Shown piece by piece: positions 1-14,500 of a stretch of DNA of 64,000 nucleotides. This DNA is from Ophelia neglecta (taxonomy: Eukaryota), in assembly GCA_965285935.1 (NCBI GenBank), contig OZ260667.1:33604001-33668000 (forward strand), in the 5' to 3' direction. A model generated the notes under the pieces. That model did not search any database, was not told the DNA's origin, and was given only the letters and a program-made list of their open reading frames with translations. A program made the translations under genes and the position numbers. Each line of letters starts with the position of its first letter. Positions within the stretch are counted from its first letter, which is position 1.

Positions 1-679
1 CTCCTTGTTACAATTAACCCCATTAAGGGGAGATAGTTTTTTTAAGTGATTTATGTAAATCTTGAGGATTTTTTAGTATTCTTTCCAATCGAGCAATATA
101 AAAGAAAATGCAGCGCTACCTAAGATTCACAATCACCACCAAGGTTTAGATTCAGTCTTCCCTGAATGGAACTATCACAGCCGCTGGCGAAGGATGAATG
201 CCGAATTTAACTTGTGGGGAAATTGAGCTGTGATGGTTCTGATGTAACCTGAATGGGTGTCTTTGATTAGATCAGCCGTGCCGGCGATGTACTGCTACTG
301 GTATGTATGGCGGCGGATTGAGTTCCAGGAATCCGGCACCCTGGCGCTACAAAGTCAACCGCCATTATCGTATATTCTCGGCTAACATTATTACCGGAAA
401 AGGCCAAAAAGGGAATTAGTGTCGCACTGACAGCTTGCAAGTTTTAACATTTCACTGCTGGTTGAGAATTTTTCGGTACTTTCCTCACATTAAGTGGATC
501 CATGTTCATTCGTCCGTTAAGCTGTTTGTCATCTAGCCTCAGCTTGTTCAATATGGAACTACTTGCAGCCATTACAAAATCGCCAGCCAGAGTCCATGAA
601 TTAGAGAAAACAGCCATGCAGGTTTAGTGTCGTCTGGGGTCGAGATGTGAAGAGGGACTTAAGTTTAATAATTATAATT

Positions 680-1350
680 AAAACTAAAACAGATGAAAAC
701 AAGCTAGTAGGAACTCTCCTTAAATCGAGTATAATATTTGAGGCAAGGCAGAAGCAAGGGGAGTGGTTTTCTCATAGGCCTACTACAGTAAGGCAGAAGT
801 GACGACCAGGTGTTCTTCTACAATACAGTAAGGCTTAAGAAAACAAGGAGGACTTCTCATTTAAAACAAAATGACATAATTAAACGAGTCCTCCTTTAAT
901 TAAAGCAGTAAGACAAAAAACGAATAGGGTTCTTTTTAAAAATCGTTATTCAGTGGAAAAGGAATAGAAATTCTCCTCTGTAATAAAATATGCCAGAAGC
1001 AAACTCGGAGGAAATCTCATTTTAAGTTAGGCAAACGAAAACGGGAAAAAAGTTTCCCATAAAACTGCAAGGTAAAAAAAAACGAAAAGGAATCCTTTAC
1101 TTAAAACAGAACTGCGAAGAGGGCGACGAGGAATTCTCCGTTGATACTACAAGGGAGTAGAGAACGATGAGAACTTCTCCATCAACGTAGTAAGATATAG
1201 GAACGAGAAAGAGAGTGTTCTGTTTGAAAACATTATTATGATTAAACGTAAGTCAAAATAAAACGAGGATGACTTCTCCTTCAAATTAGTAACTTGGAAG
1301 CCAAGGAGCAGGAATACTTCTTGATAAAGTAAGGCAGAAAGTAATGAGGC
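680..1350 (+). repeat. Very degenerate purine-rich ~40-bp tandem array
   Basis: Recurrent cagtaaggcagaa...cgagga..ttctcc motif; cagtaag occurs at 786, 826 and 906. Confidence 0.7.
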
Positions 1351-4300
1351 ATTGTCGAAGAATATGAATATATATTTATCCCCGTGTTTGCCACCATGCT
1401 TTTCCCAGTAGGAAATTACTATCCGTCCTTATGCCCAGTCAATAAGCTCTTTAAATTTGTTATTTGTGATACCGTTAAGTAACATTTAAGACATAGTGCT
1501 GCACTATGTATGGTGTATTTCTTACTGCTTATGTTCCATCTTTCATAATTCCCTTGCTTTACCTCTAAATATTTGTGTTAATATTGCACCAAGTCGGTGC
1601 TGTTTGACAGCATAAAATAAGGAATTACCTTCTTACTTCTGAAAGATCATCAACGCTCAACTTGTTGCTACAATTGACTATATTCTGGCTTGCATCTGCG
1701 CCAACGTGCCTCGAGTATTATTCAATCAGCTAAATTCACTTTAAAGTCTAAATTGAATTTGTTGACTGTTGGCCCTGATTTTATTTAACTGTCTTGATTG
1801 AAAGGTGGACAAAAAGAAGCGACACTCGATGAATCACCTTGCCACTTCCCTGTAAACTGGCAAGGAGTATGGCCTCTGGCACTTCCGCCTAATACTCTTG
1901 AGACTCAGTATTGTGCCCAGGGATTTTCTTCCCATAACGGCTCACTGAGACCCGATCTTCCGAAAATATTAAAACGGCTCATCTAGAAGCATTGGTTTTC
2001 GATTTTGCGATAACCCTTTGGAAGCAGACGACACGAAATGATGATTGACAGTCTTGAGTCGCAAGAGAAATCCGATGGCTGATCACGTGATAACCGGAAG
2101 CTTAGAAGTTATATCCTTGCGCGCCTCGGGGAAGTGAAGCGGTCGATATCGACTTTTACCAGTCAGAAGCCGGGTGCATTGGCGTGAAGGGTGTAATCAG
2201 GGTTGTGTGATCTTTGAGATGCTCCAAGTGGTCTGTTACCATGATGAGAGGCACAAAGTTTAGGGGTGAAAGCGATGGGCCATGGCGATAAACCAAACCT
2301 ATTGGTCACCAAGTTCTCGTCTCGACCGAGCATGTGTCTGGGTAGAATATTGATATCCCGGACTGTCTTGGACATCGGTTCCTGCTCTGTGGCGCTCTAT
2401 CCCAGCCTCTCAACTGGACGAAATGTTGATGAACACAATCCCGATATCAAATATTGCCGGATAACTTAGTTTCGTCTGTCAGCGGCTCTAGCGGTCCCCG
2501 GGGACGGCGTATTTTTATATTAGGTTATGGATGGCTTGTAGACATTTAACTAGCTGCGGTCCAGGCTGATGAGGTAATGAACTTAGGACAGTGGGTGATG
2601 GTATCTTGGCCACAGGAGGCCCGAGTACCGGGGTCCTCCTCTCGGAGATGGTCTGATTACCGTGTCCACCGACAACTTATCTACCTCACCCACCCGAACT
2701 ACGTTCTACATCAGCTTACCCAACTGGGACCAGGGTTAACTAAACCTTACAGCCATATAATCTATACAAATTGCATTCTAGCGATTATGGTAGTGATAAA
2801 ATTCCAGATCTCGGTGAAAGTACGAAAGTATTATCTTGGACTTATCGGTTTTTATTTATCGTCCTGATTTATTTATTTGAAAATGTGCCCTTTTAAAACA
2901 AAACACACCGACGTGGATAGCCGGCGCCCAAAGATTCGTCCGATACAAACCATACTTTTAATTACCTTGACACTGGATGTGAAATTTCAATGTTCGTCAA
3001 AATGTGATCATAACATGAGTGGGGCTGTCAGCTACAATGGGAGGAAGGGGGGGGGGGGCTAAATAAAGGGGGTCAAGGTATTGTGACACCATCAGATGGG
3101 GAGAGGGTCATAAAAACCAAATCACACATCAAAATGGATATGATTATTATACATATTTTTATTGGTATTATTTGTTTGCGCTTCGCGAAACGTTAAAAAA
3201 AAAATTCCGTCCATGTTGCAACAAATGCCTATTGAACTTGAAGGTTTCCTAAAAAATGCCATTACTGTTTGTATATTAGCAATGCCTTTAGGCATGCAGT
3301 AGTCCATTTGATTTATAGAAGGTTTGTTGTTTTCAACGACAAAAACATCCGTAACATGCATAAAAGGTAAGCATGTATTTAAAAAGTAACCTTATATTTA
3401 ATTGCACCTTCAAGGAGATTATATAGGTCTCAGCGCACTGCGAAACGAAAGCGTATAGTGTGGGGCAAATAATTAAACCGTAGAGGGAGAGGGGGGGGGG
3501 GGGGGGCACGATAATCATACCAAGCCAGCCCTAGCTACAAGCCAACATATAAACCTAATAGCGGCATAACGAATTTTTTTTAGATTAGTGTTTCTTCTCC
3601 ACTTTTATCACAATAGAAGATATCAATACCTCTTAATTCACAATTATCGAACTCCCCGCTTTGAATCATGCAATCTGCCCTTATTTAAGCTTCATGAGAT
3701 TAACACTGCCACCGCTGAGTCTGTGCAACGTAATATTAGTTTTTATGTCAAAGAAACATATGAGAACTATTGATTAACTGGTATAGTTAATCTTTTGATC
3801 AATTGTAAACTCTATAAAAAAGACTGTCGTTTTTGTTGTTTTTATTGCTCTCACCAATTCATTATTTACATTTAGGTATATGAGGAGTGGGCAACTTTTT
3901 GCTATATTGGCCAAGTGTTCTCGTGACACAAAAGAAAACATACGTTTAATACGAACACACCCGATCGATGCAACCCGCCTGCGTCTGTCTGCATATATCA
4001 TCTTCGACATTGCGAGTTTAACGGATTCTGGGCTATACCTCAGAGGGCAGTATTTCTTACATCATATATGTATTCAAAGGCCATTTTCACTTAGAAAAGC
4101 ACTATAGCCTATATTTTGGAGAGAGCAACGGTCCTTGAAATAAGGTATATTAACATTATGATTGCAGGTGTCCGTTTGGAGTTGTAGGAATGCAATTAAT
4201 TCCACAGCCAGTGTGAAAAAAACAATAGAACTGTAACATGTTTCGTTTAGTCTTTCGGAGATAAAATACACAGCGCTAATATTCAATTACTTTAGTTAAC

Positions 4301-4723
4301 TCCCAGATAAGACGAATGTTCTAGAAATCGCCCAGTTGTGAGTACAGTGCAGACTAGATATACTTTCATGGCTGGGCATGCTCCCCCATGGCTCGCACAT
4401 TCATGGGAATTGAGATAGCTTTTATGATCAGTCTTCTCCTGTTCTTTATAGTTATACCCCCCAAACAGGATTGTATACCCGACAGAGAAGCAAACTCTTC
4501 AATCAAGTATAGTCTTATAAGGCGGCCCGAAATCTTCAGGGTCCGTTAGCAGCAGGCCCACAAATATCAGTCTTCCCTAGTGAGCCGCCGTTTTTGTCCT
4601 ACCTTAACCACAGACATGGTTGTTGAACGTGTTTGTCTCTCATCCATTTAATCTCTGGGCCATATTCCTGTAATTTTTTACTAGTATACCATCGTTATAA
4701 TGTCTCTAACTAGTATATTATGG

Positions 4724-5410
4724 TTATATAAGTATAGGTAAACCGGAGCTAAGAAAAAACGGAGGTCGATACCCGGTAGACAATGCAATATCATTAGTCA
4801 AGAATAGTTCATTAAATCGGTGAAAAATCATCAGAAACTCTGGCCATAGGCCCACACACATCAGCACATCTTGAAGGTGACTGTCACCGAGGTATTTATT
4901 ATTTAGTTTTTCCACCTGATTTAATCGCTAGTATTGGACTGATTATGTGTGCCGGGTATCCACTGCTGTTTTCAATCGTGATATAAATGCTATATAAGTC
5001 TATCTTATCATTTGGTGCTTCAGAAATTTATCATTAATCTGTGGTTGGGTGACATTTCTTTGAGTACCGTTGCACGACGTTTCAAGTGAAGGCATGTTAA
5101 TCTCCTGTTTATAGCAGTTCATGAGAATGAGAAAGCAGTGCTAACAAATAAAGCGATGGGACACTGTTACGAATTGTATTTAGGACACTTTATGGATAAT
5201 CGTATTACCCCGCATGGCACTGCTCACAAGAGCTCCGCCAGACGGGCAGTAACCTATTGAGGATTGTGACCTCTGCTATTTTGATAGGCTGTGAGGTTAT
5301 TGGAGACCGCTGATTGGGTCAGTATGGCTCTAGCTCCACTATGCCTTTCGAAGTCTCCAGTTCATGCACAATGTCGTCTGGTCCTAACTCCGGCCGCCCT
5401 GCTACCGATT
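4724..5410 (-). mobile_element. Highly decayed Gypsy/Ty3 LTR-retrotransposon integrase remnant
   Basis: Minus-strand translation gives, in the expected order, WRSSCEQCH (CxxC of the HHCC finger, ~5210-5240), QVEKLN (cf. QVERLN), WPEFL and STGYRPPFFLSSGLPIL (cf. STGYSPFFLMFGRHPRL), with stops. Confidence 0.5.
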
Positions 5411-8400
5411 ACCTCTTTGCCCGCTGGCGTGATGGTGACAAAGAACCATGTTCCCCTGGCTGAACATATCTATATTTAGATGGGCACGCCCCAGAATCCC
5501 TCACGTTCCGCGGCTCGCCGCTACCCTATATGGATTGCCAGTAATGACTCGGTCTGGCAGGGATGTCTTTTAATTTCCTCTAGCAGTCTTTATCCACAAA
5601 AGTGGTTGCTGGTCGACGGAAGCGCATACATTAACGAAGGGTTAATTTAGTACTGGTATTCGCTCGGCCCACAAATCACCACGACCCCCGCCCTGCTCTA
5701 GAGCCGTCGTTCAATAAGTATCTCATCTCACCGCCTCTGTCCAAATCAACGGAACCACATACCATCCCTTCTAAATAATATATGTTTTTTTGCGGTGACA
5801 ACAAAAGTGCACTGTAATCACCATGAAGGTCCAATATTTCTTATGACCACAAAATGGGGCCTGGCTGTCATATGTGCTGAGAATAAATTGCTTCCTGTAA
5901 TGATTGTCATGGACTTGCGGATTCAAAAAATATAATGTCATGCAATGGAGCCTTCAAACTTGCACCTTGAAACACATTATGTACTGACAGCCTTCAAGCA
6001 ATTATTCAGTCGCTTTGATGCACTCGCGTCTTAAATTACATCTTAAACATTTTGTCTCCACCTGCTCGATTAGGCGCTTCCTCTGCACCACTTTGCATTA
6101 CGTCAGCGTTTAGGCGTTAACGAAAATCCTGGTAAATTCGAAGTCATTATAAAATTGATCAGTCGTAACATCACTGGTGTTATCACCAAACTTTGAACTC
6201 TGCGGGTCTCTTGAACACGTTGGTATTCCCAACGCTAGGAAGATTAATGTCATACAACCTTTCGGATCAAACGCTTATCGATGTGAGTAGCGGCCTTATC
6301 AAGTGCTGTGTACACCTTTTCTTGTCAACCTTTGAAAGGTAGGAGCGCCATTTTTGATGGTCTGTTAACACAAATTTCACCTCCCTGACCTTTATATTTA
6401 CTCCTTATTAGGCTTATGAGGTATTAAGATGTTATTGGTTTTAAACAGGTTCATGAGATTATCACAAGCATCCGTAACATGCATTCATCTCAGTCTCCAG
6501 TATGTCTGTGATGTACTAAAATGAGATGTACTATTGATTCGTTTGGTGGTTGTTTTTTTGCTAACCACTGTCAGGGTTAGAACCTGGCCGAGGTGAATAT
6601 ATCTCTTCCACTACCACAGGTTCAAATACCTAAATTTGAAGGTCGATAAATATAATTGAAATGTTCGTTCGTATCTTCTCTTATTACATACACGTGTTGA
6701 TTTTGAGACAAATTCAATTGCAAAACATTATCGGATAATGTAATTTAGTGTTAGTTGAAATCATGAGAATAATTATTTTTTCAATCACGAAAAAATCCAT
6801 GAAATAAATAGTTGTAGTCTCTTATGTATAAAAGGTATAAAGGTAAAGTTAGCTCCAGTGCAAACGACATATTCTAGACCAAATATGATAGAAGATAAAG
6901 AATGCTGAAAATGTGTCACTAGCATGCCACTCACATTCAACGTACACTTTAGTCTATTACTGGCAAGTTCCAAGCTGACAAGCTATAAATTCATACAATT
7001 TCACCTGAAATTCCTTAAATAGACTTCTGTTTGGCCTTCTACTCCTTTATTTCACTCGTTCATTTAGCGTCCTTACATAATTGGTTGATGCCTTTTATCC
7101 CTCGCTACTGCGCGACTGCATCTAACACGACTTTCCCTGTATATGCGGTCGGGCCCCAAAGAAGAGAATAACCTCTAAGGCGCCAAAGGCCAATGAAAAA
7201 ATGAACTGGACACCCGGCAGACAAAGCGAAATTATATATACAAAATAGTCCCTTATATCGGTCTGCATTTAACCAACATTCTAGGCCTACACTACTCAAT
7301 CGCCAGCGCCCAAATATCACAACAACTAGTAATGCAAATAAAAAACGTAAAAACTTAAAATTGAACCAAAAATTTTCCATGATGCGTGTCACCTAAAGCA
7401 CAGTAAAAACGAGTCCGTTTTTAACGTAGGACAGAGACAACATAATACTATGTTACTGGAGAGCGAATAATGGGGTAAGCTCTCTCAAAATTAAAGAGCA
7501 AAGTATGAATTTGTGCCAATAAATAAAAGAATGGGAAGGCTGAAAATATGCTTGCATTCTTAAGAGAAAAATGATATTATATCTCCTGGATAGTGTAATG
7601 AGATTTAAACTAATTAAAGTGAACTAGTCATGCTTATATTGTGATTGAACATGTGGAGCTGTAACATAATATTTCATTACAGTAGAAAGTAGATGCACAT
7701 GGCCCCTAGTCCTAGGATGAGCGGGATAGATCACTTAAAGCGAGAAGATGGTCATTAATTGAACATGCGCTCCATCTTTCATGCAGTCATGGAATGCCTT
7801 GAATCTGCGCTTGTTGTGACCAAAGTGCTCTGAAAGAAACACAGTATATTTTCAAGCATATCGTGATATTATGATATATTTTTCTTCCTCACAAAATAAA
7901 TGCGTATCACTTCATTAGTAAATTAAGCTGTTAAGCAGTAAAAAAATGCCCATCAGTTCTTTTTATGGCTCTCTTCCTTTAATGCATATGATTTTGTAAT
8001 CATATGAGCAGGAAGCTGCTTGCTATGAATAATTTAATTTCCTGTTCGAATATGATTATTCATAATGTGATAAGTTTACCTTGGTGAGGCCTTGGTGACC
8101 TGATTCCGACAGTGTTTTCGATTAGTTATGATGAAGATCAAAGTCCAGGTAGAATATCAAACGTTATTTTCATTTCCGTTCGACAAACCTTTGCTGACTC
8201 TACATCAGTATAGGAGGTACATAATTGACATTGTTCTCACAGGAGAAGACGTCATATTCCGAATTACGATTCAAGCCATCACCACTGCCACACTGCCCTG
8301 CACCCTTCTCCAACCCCCTTTGAGTGTTCTTGGAAAAGAACTATAAACTGTGGTTTGAAAAGCCGCAACTTGTATATAACCAAATAATGCAATTCCTAAT

Positions 8401-9531
8401 TTATTTCATTTGCTTCATTTATGTGTCGCTCTTGGCATGACAGTTTCCGATTTCCATAATTTGGTAGTTGATTTCGTTCCATTTGACGGTCGAAAGAACT
8501 GTTTCAGCGCACATCAGCGTGCGTCGATTTAGATTCTTGCTGACGAATATTGTCAGGTGGAGCAAAGACCTTGATCACATAAAGTATGGACCACGAAGAA
8601 AGAAGTTAACCAGTGCTGGAATTTAAAATGAATTCGGCGAAAGCGTCCCTTGTATGAATTTCCCTCCGGCAAATATTCAAATTTTTATTTCCTTTATCTA
8701 TTTCATTACCAGTGATTTTTATTCAGTTATCTTAGATAACAGAATTATGCTAATTTTTAGAACCAAAATGGCTCATTCAGCCACATTTCACAGTGGAGAC
8801 AATCGATTGATTTTTAAACAATTTGCAAGCTGTTTTTTCGCTGAATATTTGCTCAGTGCTCCGTGGGAGGATGCTCCAATTCGTTAAGAATTGCACTAAT
8901 CGCACTAAATATGTAACCTACCGTCGTCTTACATTGAATGGTTTAATTGATTCCTTATGTCAACCAATAGGCGCTAATGCTCCCAACGTGGGCGCCACCA
9001 AGGTTTTCAGCGACCACTTGAACGCTTGACCGACAACTAACAAAGTGGTGGGCCCAACGCCATGTACTCAGAGTGAGCAGACGTCTTCTTCAAGAAAACC
9101 AGTACCATCCAGGCCTTTGGCCATATTCAGGAATAATGAAACTGATTAAACGCCTTATCCCTGTGCAGAAAGTGTCGCATGTGACTTCCGTTTTCATGAT
9201 ATGCCTTTTCTGGACCAGTTGACACTATCTAAACTAACGTGATGCGGACATGCAACTGTTTTTTATCAATTCTCTGTTTTTAATATAACTTAATGGGAGT
9301 GTGGGCCAATAAGTCGGCTAGTCGGCAGAAGGAAAGGGTCAAAGACATGTTCTCGGTTGCCCTGCTCACGTTGATAGCATTGCGGATCTCTTCCTACTCA
9401 ATGAAATCTCTCCGTCATTACCTGTATGATTCTTTGAGTGGTTAAATATCATCGTTTATTTCGTCATCTATTTGTCAGTAATAGCCTTTGCTTAAAAATA
9501 TGATGAGCCTGTACCTAATGTTTTATTCCTA

Positions 9532-9645
9532 TGTTGTGAAGGGTTGTCAACTCTCCCCACTGTCTTCACCCCGACCCCGAGTGTTGTAGAGGGTTGTCAA
9601 CTCTCCCAACTGTCTCCACCCCGACCCCGAGTGTTGTGGAGGGTT
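9532..9645 (+). repeat. 50-bp tandem duplication (~2.3 copies)
   Basis: tgttgtgaagggttgtcaactctccccactgtcttcaccccgaccccgag repeated with few mismatches. Confidence 0.9.
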
Positions 9646-11029
9646 TTGTCGTCTGTGTTGTGAAGGCTTGTCGCGTCTGCGCGCTGTTCTCGGTCAGTCC
9701 ACACGTGTGGTGAAGGACTCTTTCATCTCCGCGCTGTTCGCTGTCGGGTCCTATGAGTTATGGAGTGCTGTATCTGCTTCCTGCTGTCCAGTTCCGGCCA
9801 ACGCATTGCGACGTTTGATTCGCGTTGCCGTTGTTCCCGGCCCGGACATACTTTTTCACCTGTCACCAGCTCATCCTTCATCATTCACCGTTACTCTTTT
9901 GACTTAATGCAGGTGCTATTCATTATTGCTCCCTTTTAATGCCAGTTCGTGGCGTTCTTTTGGGGGCACACATCCATGTAAAATTCATGTCATCGGGTTG
10001 GCCAATGGGTGCCAGGAAATGTCGATCCACCGTTAGACTGCTGAGTGGCGTATATTGTAATGACGTTTATCAGTTAAATTGTCACTATTGTTTAGCAACT
10101 GTTCTCGCCGCAGAATGAACTAATACTGTCGCTATTGGCTCTTCAATTGACGGACATACATGTAATATATATATATATGTGTGTGTAAGTTTTATGAGTT
10201 GCTCCTCGGAATGTGGCCGATTGCATTTATGAGACAAGAAACACAAATGCAGTGTGCTAGATAAAATACTTTTTATAGTATTCCATATTGTTATGAAGAG
10301 ATTCAAGGAAAAGTTACACCAGTCAATGAAGCTTGACATTGAAAGTTTCAATGCAACAATGATTCTTGCAATGATTATCTCTATTTACAGCCTCTCGTTT
10401 GAAATCTTTTACCTATGACATGCTATACTTACCAGTGTGTTTGGCATAATTAAATTCGGTAGCGTTGTATATTTGACGACAAAATGACAAACGAAGCCCC
10501 TTGGCTTCTTTAAATACACCAGGGCATGACATGTAATTTATTTGAAACAATTTAGGTCGTAGGTTTATTTTCCGTTATCCCTGTAGATAAAACAAACAAG
10601 TGAGAAAAAAGGGCCCCTATTTCACTCTCATGCTGCACAAGAACTTGGAGAACCAATACAACTTAACCATGTGAAATTAGGCTAGTATTTGTTTATTGCA
10701 TATCATTCCGCAATGATATAGGACGCATAAATACTGAGATGGTCAGTTGAAGAAGCTATTGCGCATGTCTAGGTCGGCGGCTCGTGAACATGTCGTTAGC
10801 CTAAGCAAAGCCGACATGCCACGAGATTTAACGAGATTTCTGTCGAACGTCGACAGCCGTAAAGCCAGCATTTAGTATGATCCAATGTCTTTATCATTTC
10901 CGCGTGCGTTCTGTCGATGACGTATGGCTGATTGAAATGGCACCGATTATCACTCATCACAGATGATCAATTATATCATAGAAGTTAGCAAGATTTATTT
11001 ATCATTGCCTGGTTTTATCCGATAATCTA

Positions 11030-11510
11030 TATTAACCGCCATTCTAAGATATTATTATTCCCCAAGATGGAAAAATCAATAGCAAGGATATCAGGGATGT
11101 TCCGGATTAAATGGCTAAAGTTATCACTAAGGATTTCCTCAGACTCATGTGTATACGTTTTATCAATGTGAGCTATATGGCGTGGAGATCGATACCATGG
11201 TTCGCTCTTATCAAACAAGCAATATTGCCTTTAGATGTGCTTTTCTCAATGATGCTAATGATTTCACAACAATTGTCAATATTTTCATCGGGGCATTTAC
11301 GAAGTTTTTGTATGAAAATACGATGATAACGTTTTTACGAATGTTTCCTAAATCTTATGAAAACACATTCTTTTGTGAACGTGATCCCTTGCATAATGGG
11401 GATCTACAGTTATTGAACAAGTGGACCAAATTAGAAGATCTGTTGGGGATTGTTTCCTCTTGTCAACCACGGATTACCCTCGATCTGTTACAGCCCTTTT
11501 GGCCCCTTTA
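11030..11510 (-). mobile_element. Decayed L1/Tx1-type LINE reverse-transcriptase fragment
   Basis: Ordered degenerate motifs on the minus strand across frameshifts: LVHLFN..SQ, PMKILTIVVKSLAS..HLKAIL (cf. PISLLNxDYKILAKxLAxRLK), RHIAHI and NIPDILAIDFS (cf. NIPGxLLxIDFEKAFD). Confidence 0.5.
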
Positions 11511-14500
11511 CTGAATGAAAATTAGAAAGGTTGGATCGAAATCGTGAACACAGTTAAGATTGCTGCTTAGGTAACGCAGAATTTACTGTAGTCATAAATA
11601 CCTCTGACGTACGTGTAATTATATGTTTACATAACACATTTCCACTTGACGTGCGGTATCCCATACTTAACGTACTACTATAATTATTGCACCTTGGGGT
11701 TTTGTTTTGGTGGCTATATAGTTTTTTACTTATGGCGTTTCCAATGTCAGTATATGGTATTGTGGCGGTAACTGAGGGTTTGGCTGTGTGTTGGTCAGGC
11801 AGTGTAACGGGCCTGCCTGTCACAATCCGTGGGAGCTAGCTTAATGTCTACCGTTATCACAACAAGCTTAATAAAAACATAGAACTGACCTCGATGACAT
11901 GGCACTAGGCTACAAGGACAGCAGTCCGTCGCCCATTGCCCCCCCCCCCCCCCCGCCACCCTCCCCACCCTAACCGCCCCGCCCCACAGGTTTCCTCTCC
12001 CAGCCTATCTACCCTCTCCAGGATACGACGAACCCCCGTATAAATCCATCTTCTCTCCTGGCAACAACTGCGAGCCGTCTTTGGACCTGTTCTCCATCTG
12101 GCACAGTCTTATGTCGAGTTAGCCTATGCAGTATTATGTCTGCGGGCGGAATCCTTGCAAATCTTGCGGATGTCTCAGCGTCTAAAAGAATTTCAAGGAG
12201 GACTAATAGTTGCCTGTCGTCTGCGCCCAGATGAAGACGCTACCTGGAGCGAGAAAACCTGCTGGAAGTCGGATTTAACAATCTTCGAATGGTTACCCCT
12301 ATGGTGGAGTGTTTGGAACGACAGCCCGCTCTTATTGTTCCATACGTTCATGTCACATTTCACCTTCATGCATATACAGTTATTGAGCCTGGTTAAACTA
12401 TAATTACAGCCAAAACAACGGTATGTCAATAGGCCAGCCATTCTTACACGGTCCTTATAACCTTTAAACGAGCTCAAACCAGCTAGAGGTCACCCAGGCA
12501 AACAAGGACAGTGCCTAGAGCCACAGTTAAAAAAACAGATGTTCACTGGCTTGAACTGGGATGAACCAGGGGCGACTGCAGACAGTGACCATAAACAAGA
12601 CTTGATGTCACCCCCCCCCCCCCCCCGCCCACGTTATCGGCTGCTATAGGCTATTACACCGTAAGTTCCAGTTTTCTGTCCAGTTTTCAGGCGCAGTGAT
12701 TTCACATTTTAAAAGTCAACGATCAGCGTTTCTTACTCTCAACAATAATATTCGAATTAATATTCCAGCACTTTTTCTTCGTGGCAATCCGCTGGCAATA
12801 TATTGGATTTTTTAAAGGGTTAAATATGGCGAGACAGGCAATATGAGCTTTTTCTTGTCAAGGTCATTGGCTTTCGTTATAATACTTAAAATCACGGGTC
12901 AAGGACGCCGTAGAAAAGTTGTTGGTCGTCTGCTACTCAGGGCTAGTTTGGCCTCAAATCAGACCATTAGCGTTCTGTCACGCACCTTCTCGGACAGAGA
13001 GCGGCTTGACATGTACCGACAACGACGAATCTGAGCTGGGCCACTGATCAAAACCTCATTCATCTGGATCAACTGTCCTTCATGTCTGCTAACTACAATA
13101 CTCTGAGCCTCCTACAATAAACACAGCAATTCGACCAGCGTTGGTCATTATTGACCCTGTCGCTTAAAGGCGGGCACACGTTTGATATCACGTAGAGGGC
13201 GCTAATCAAAGGCTAGAAGACTCACCCAGGGTAAAGTATAAGGTATTTTCACCGTCAATCGGATAAACAAGAAGGCTAACAACTGTGCCATTCTTACTAG
13301 CAATGACTACACAAGTAGTATCCATAACTGTGGTATAGATACAAACAAGACACAAAATGAATAAACCCAATACTGAAGACCCATCTAAACAATCGAAATT
13401 TAATGTGCACATATCTTCCAGGATTGCAAACGATTATAATCAATTATCATGGCATTGAAAAATTGTTTTGCCATCAATGTTCTTACGATCAAAGAGCTAC
13501 CTAGAGGTCACACTTTGCCTCATTGCCTGATAAAACCCGTACTCTACTCTAGGCCCTATCTGTGGGCAAAGGGGCGGATATCTCTACCATGCAGTTGGAA
13601 ATAGTCCAATTCACCGGAAACCCGCACTATATTTTGTCGCGCAGTGCATGGTCTGCTTATATTGGACAGATAATATTCCTTCTGTCGTTGTATGAGCAAT
13701 CGTATTTTCTTTGCCTTGTTAGATACTTACAGCATCAGGGACATAGCATATCACAGGCTTTAGTCGACCGGGTGGCATTCAGCATAAAAGTCGACAGAAA
13801 CAAAAATGGTTTCTCTACCTTTAACACATTATTTGCTGCACTGCATATTTTTTTCACTGGCATCGATCTGCAGGAAATTGTGGTGTTGTTTTGCTCGAAT
13901 TTCAACCTGACAAATTGCACCAGGAAAAGACCAACTGAAAGCGTGTATCGCTTGATCGGATTTGGCTGAAATTCTACAGTCAGGGCAAATATATTGCAGA
14001 TGTTGTTCTTGCAATGTGGCAGTTGTTTTTTCTGTGTCTTTTAAGTGGTGTATGTTCGCCAACAATGACCTAGTCGGATTGGATCGACCAGGTACAACTA
14101 ATAATGGCGGTTACTACTTTGATCGGGCATGAGTTGTATCGACACTGCGAATGATAGTGAGGATATTAAGTGTAAACGCTCTGCCTTTGACACCACAGGG
14201 CTCGGTTGTTGATCTTTCTCCAATGCATATTTCACCAAAGTAATATTGATTCAATCATAAGTCTAGAAGCAGGAGAGCTCTACAAGTGAGGGCCTCCGCA
14301 GGGAAATAAAGTTGCTTGTCCGCGATACAAGTGGATTTCGGGCCAAATAATAAATGGCCCCGTTTGCATTAATTTGGTTCCATTGCGCAGGCTCCCTCAG
14401 AGTTAGTTAGTGACTAATTGCTAGATTCTCATTTTATCGCCTCCCTAGCCATCCCCTCGGACAACGCGTTTCCAAAATAAATGAAATATTCAAATGGTTC

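Noticed and set aside
12225-12265. Hammerhead-ribozyme-like CAGATGAAG...GAAA (Penelope-type end)
   Set aside because: The core reads CAGAUGA rather than CUGAUGA and the stems could not be built convincingly; at best a dead relic.
12805-13070. Weak DIRS tyrosine-recombinase-like similarity (FFKG...YLKS...LASNQ)
   Set aside because: Needs several frameshifts and stops; too weak to call without BLASTX.
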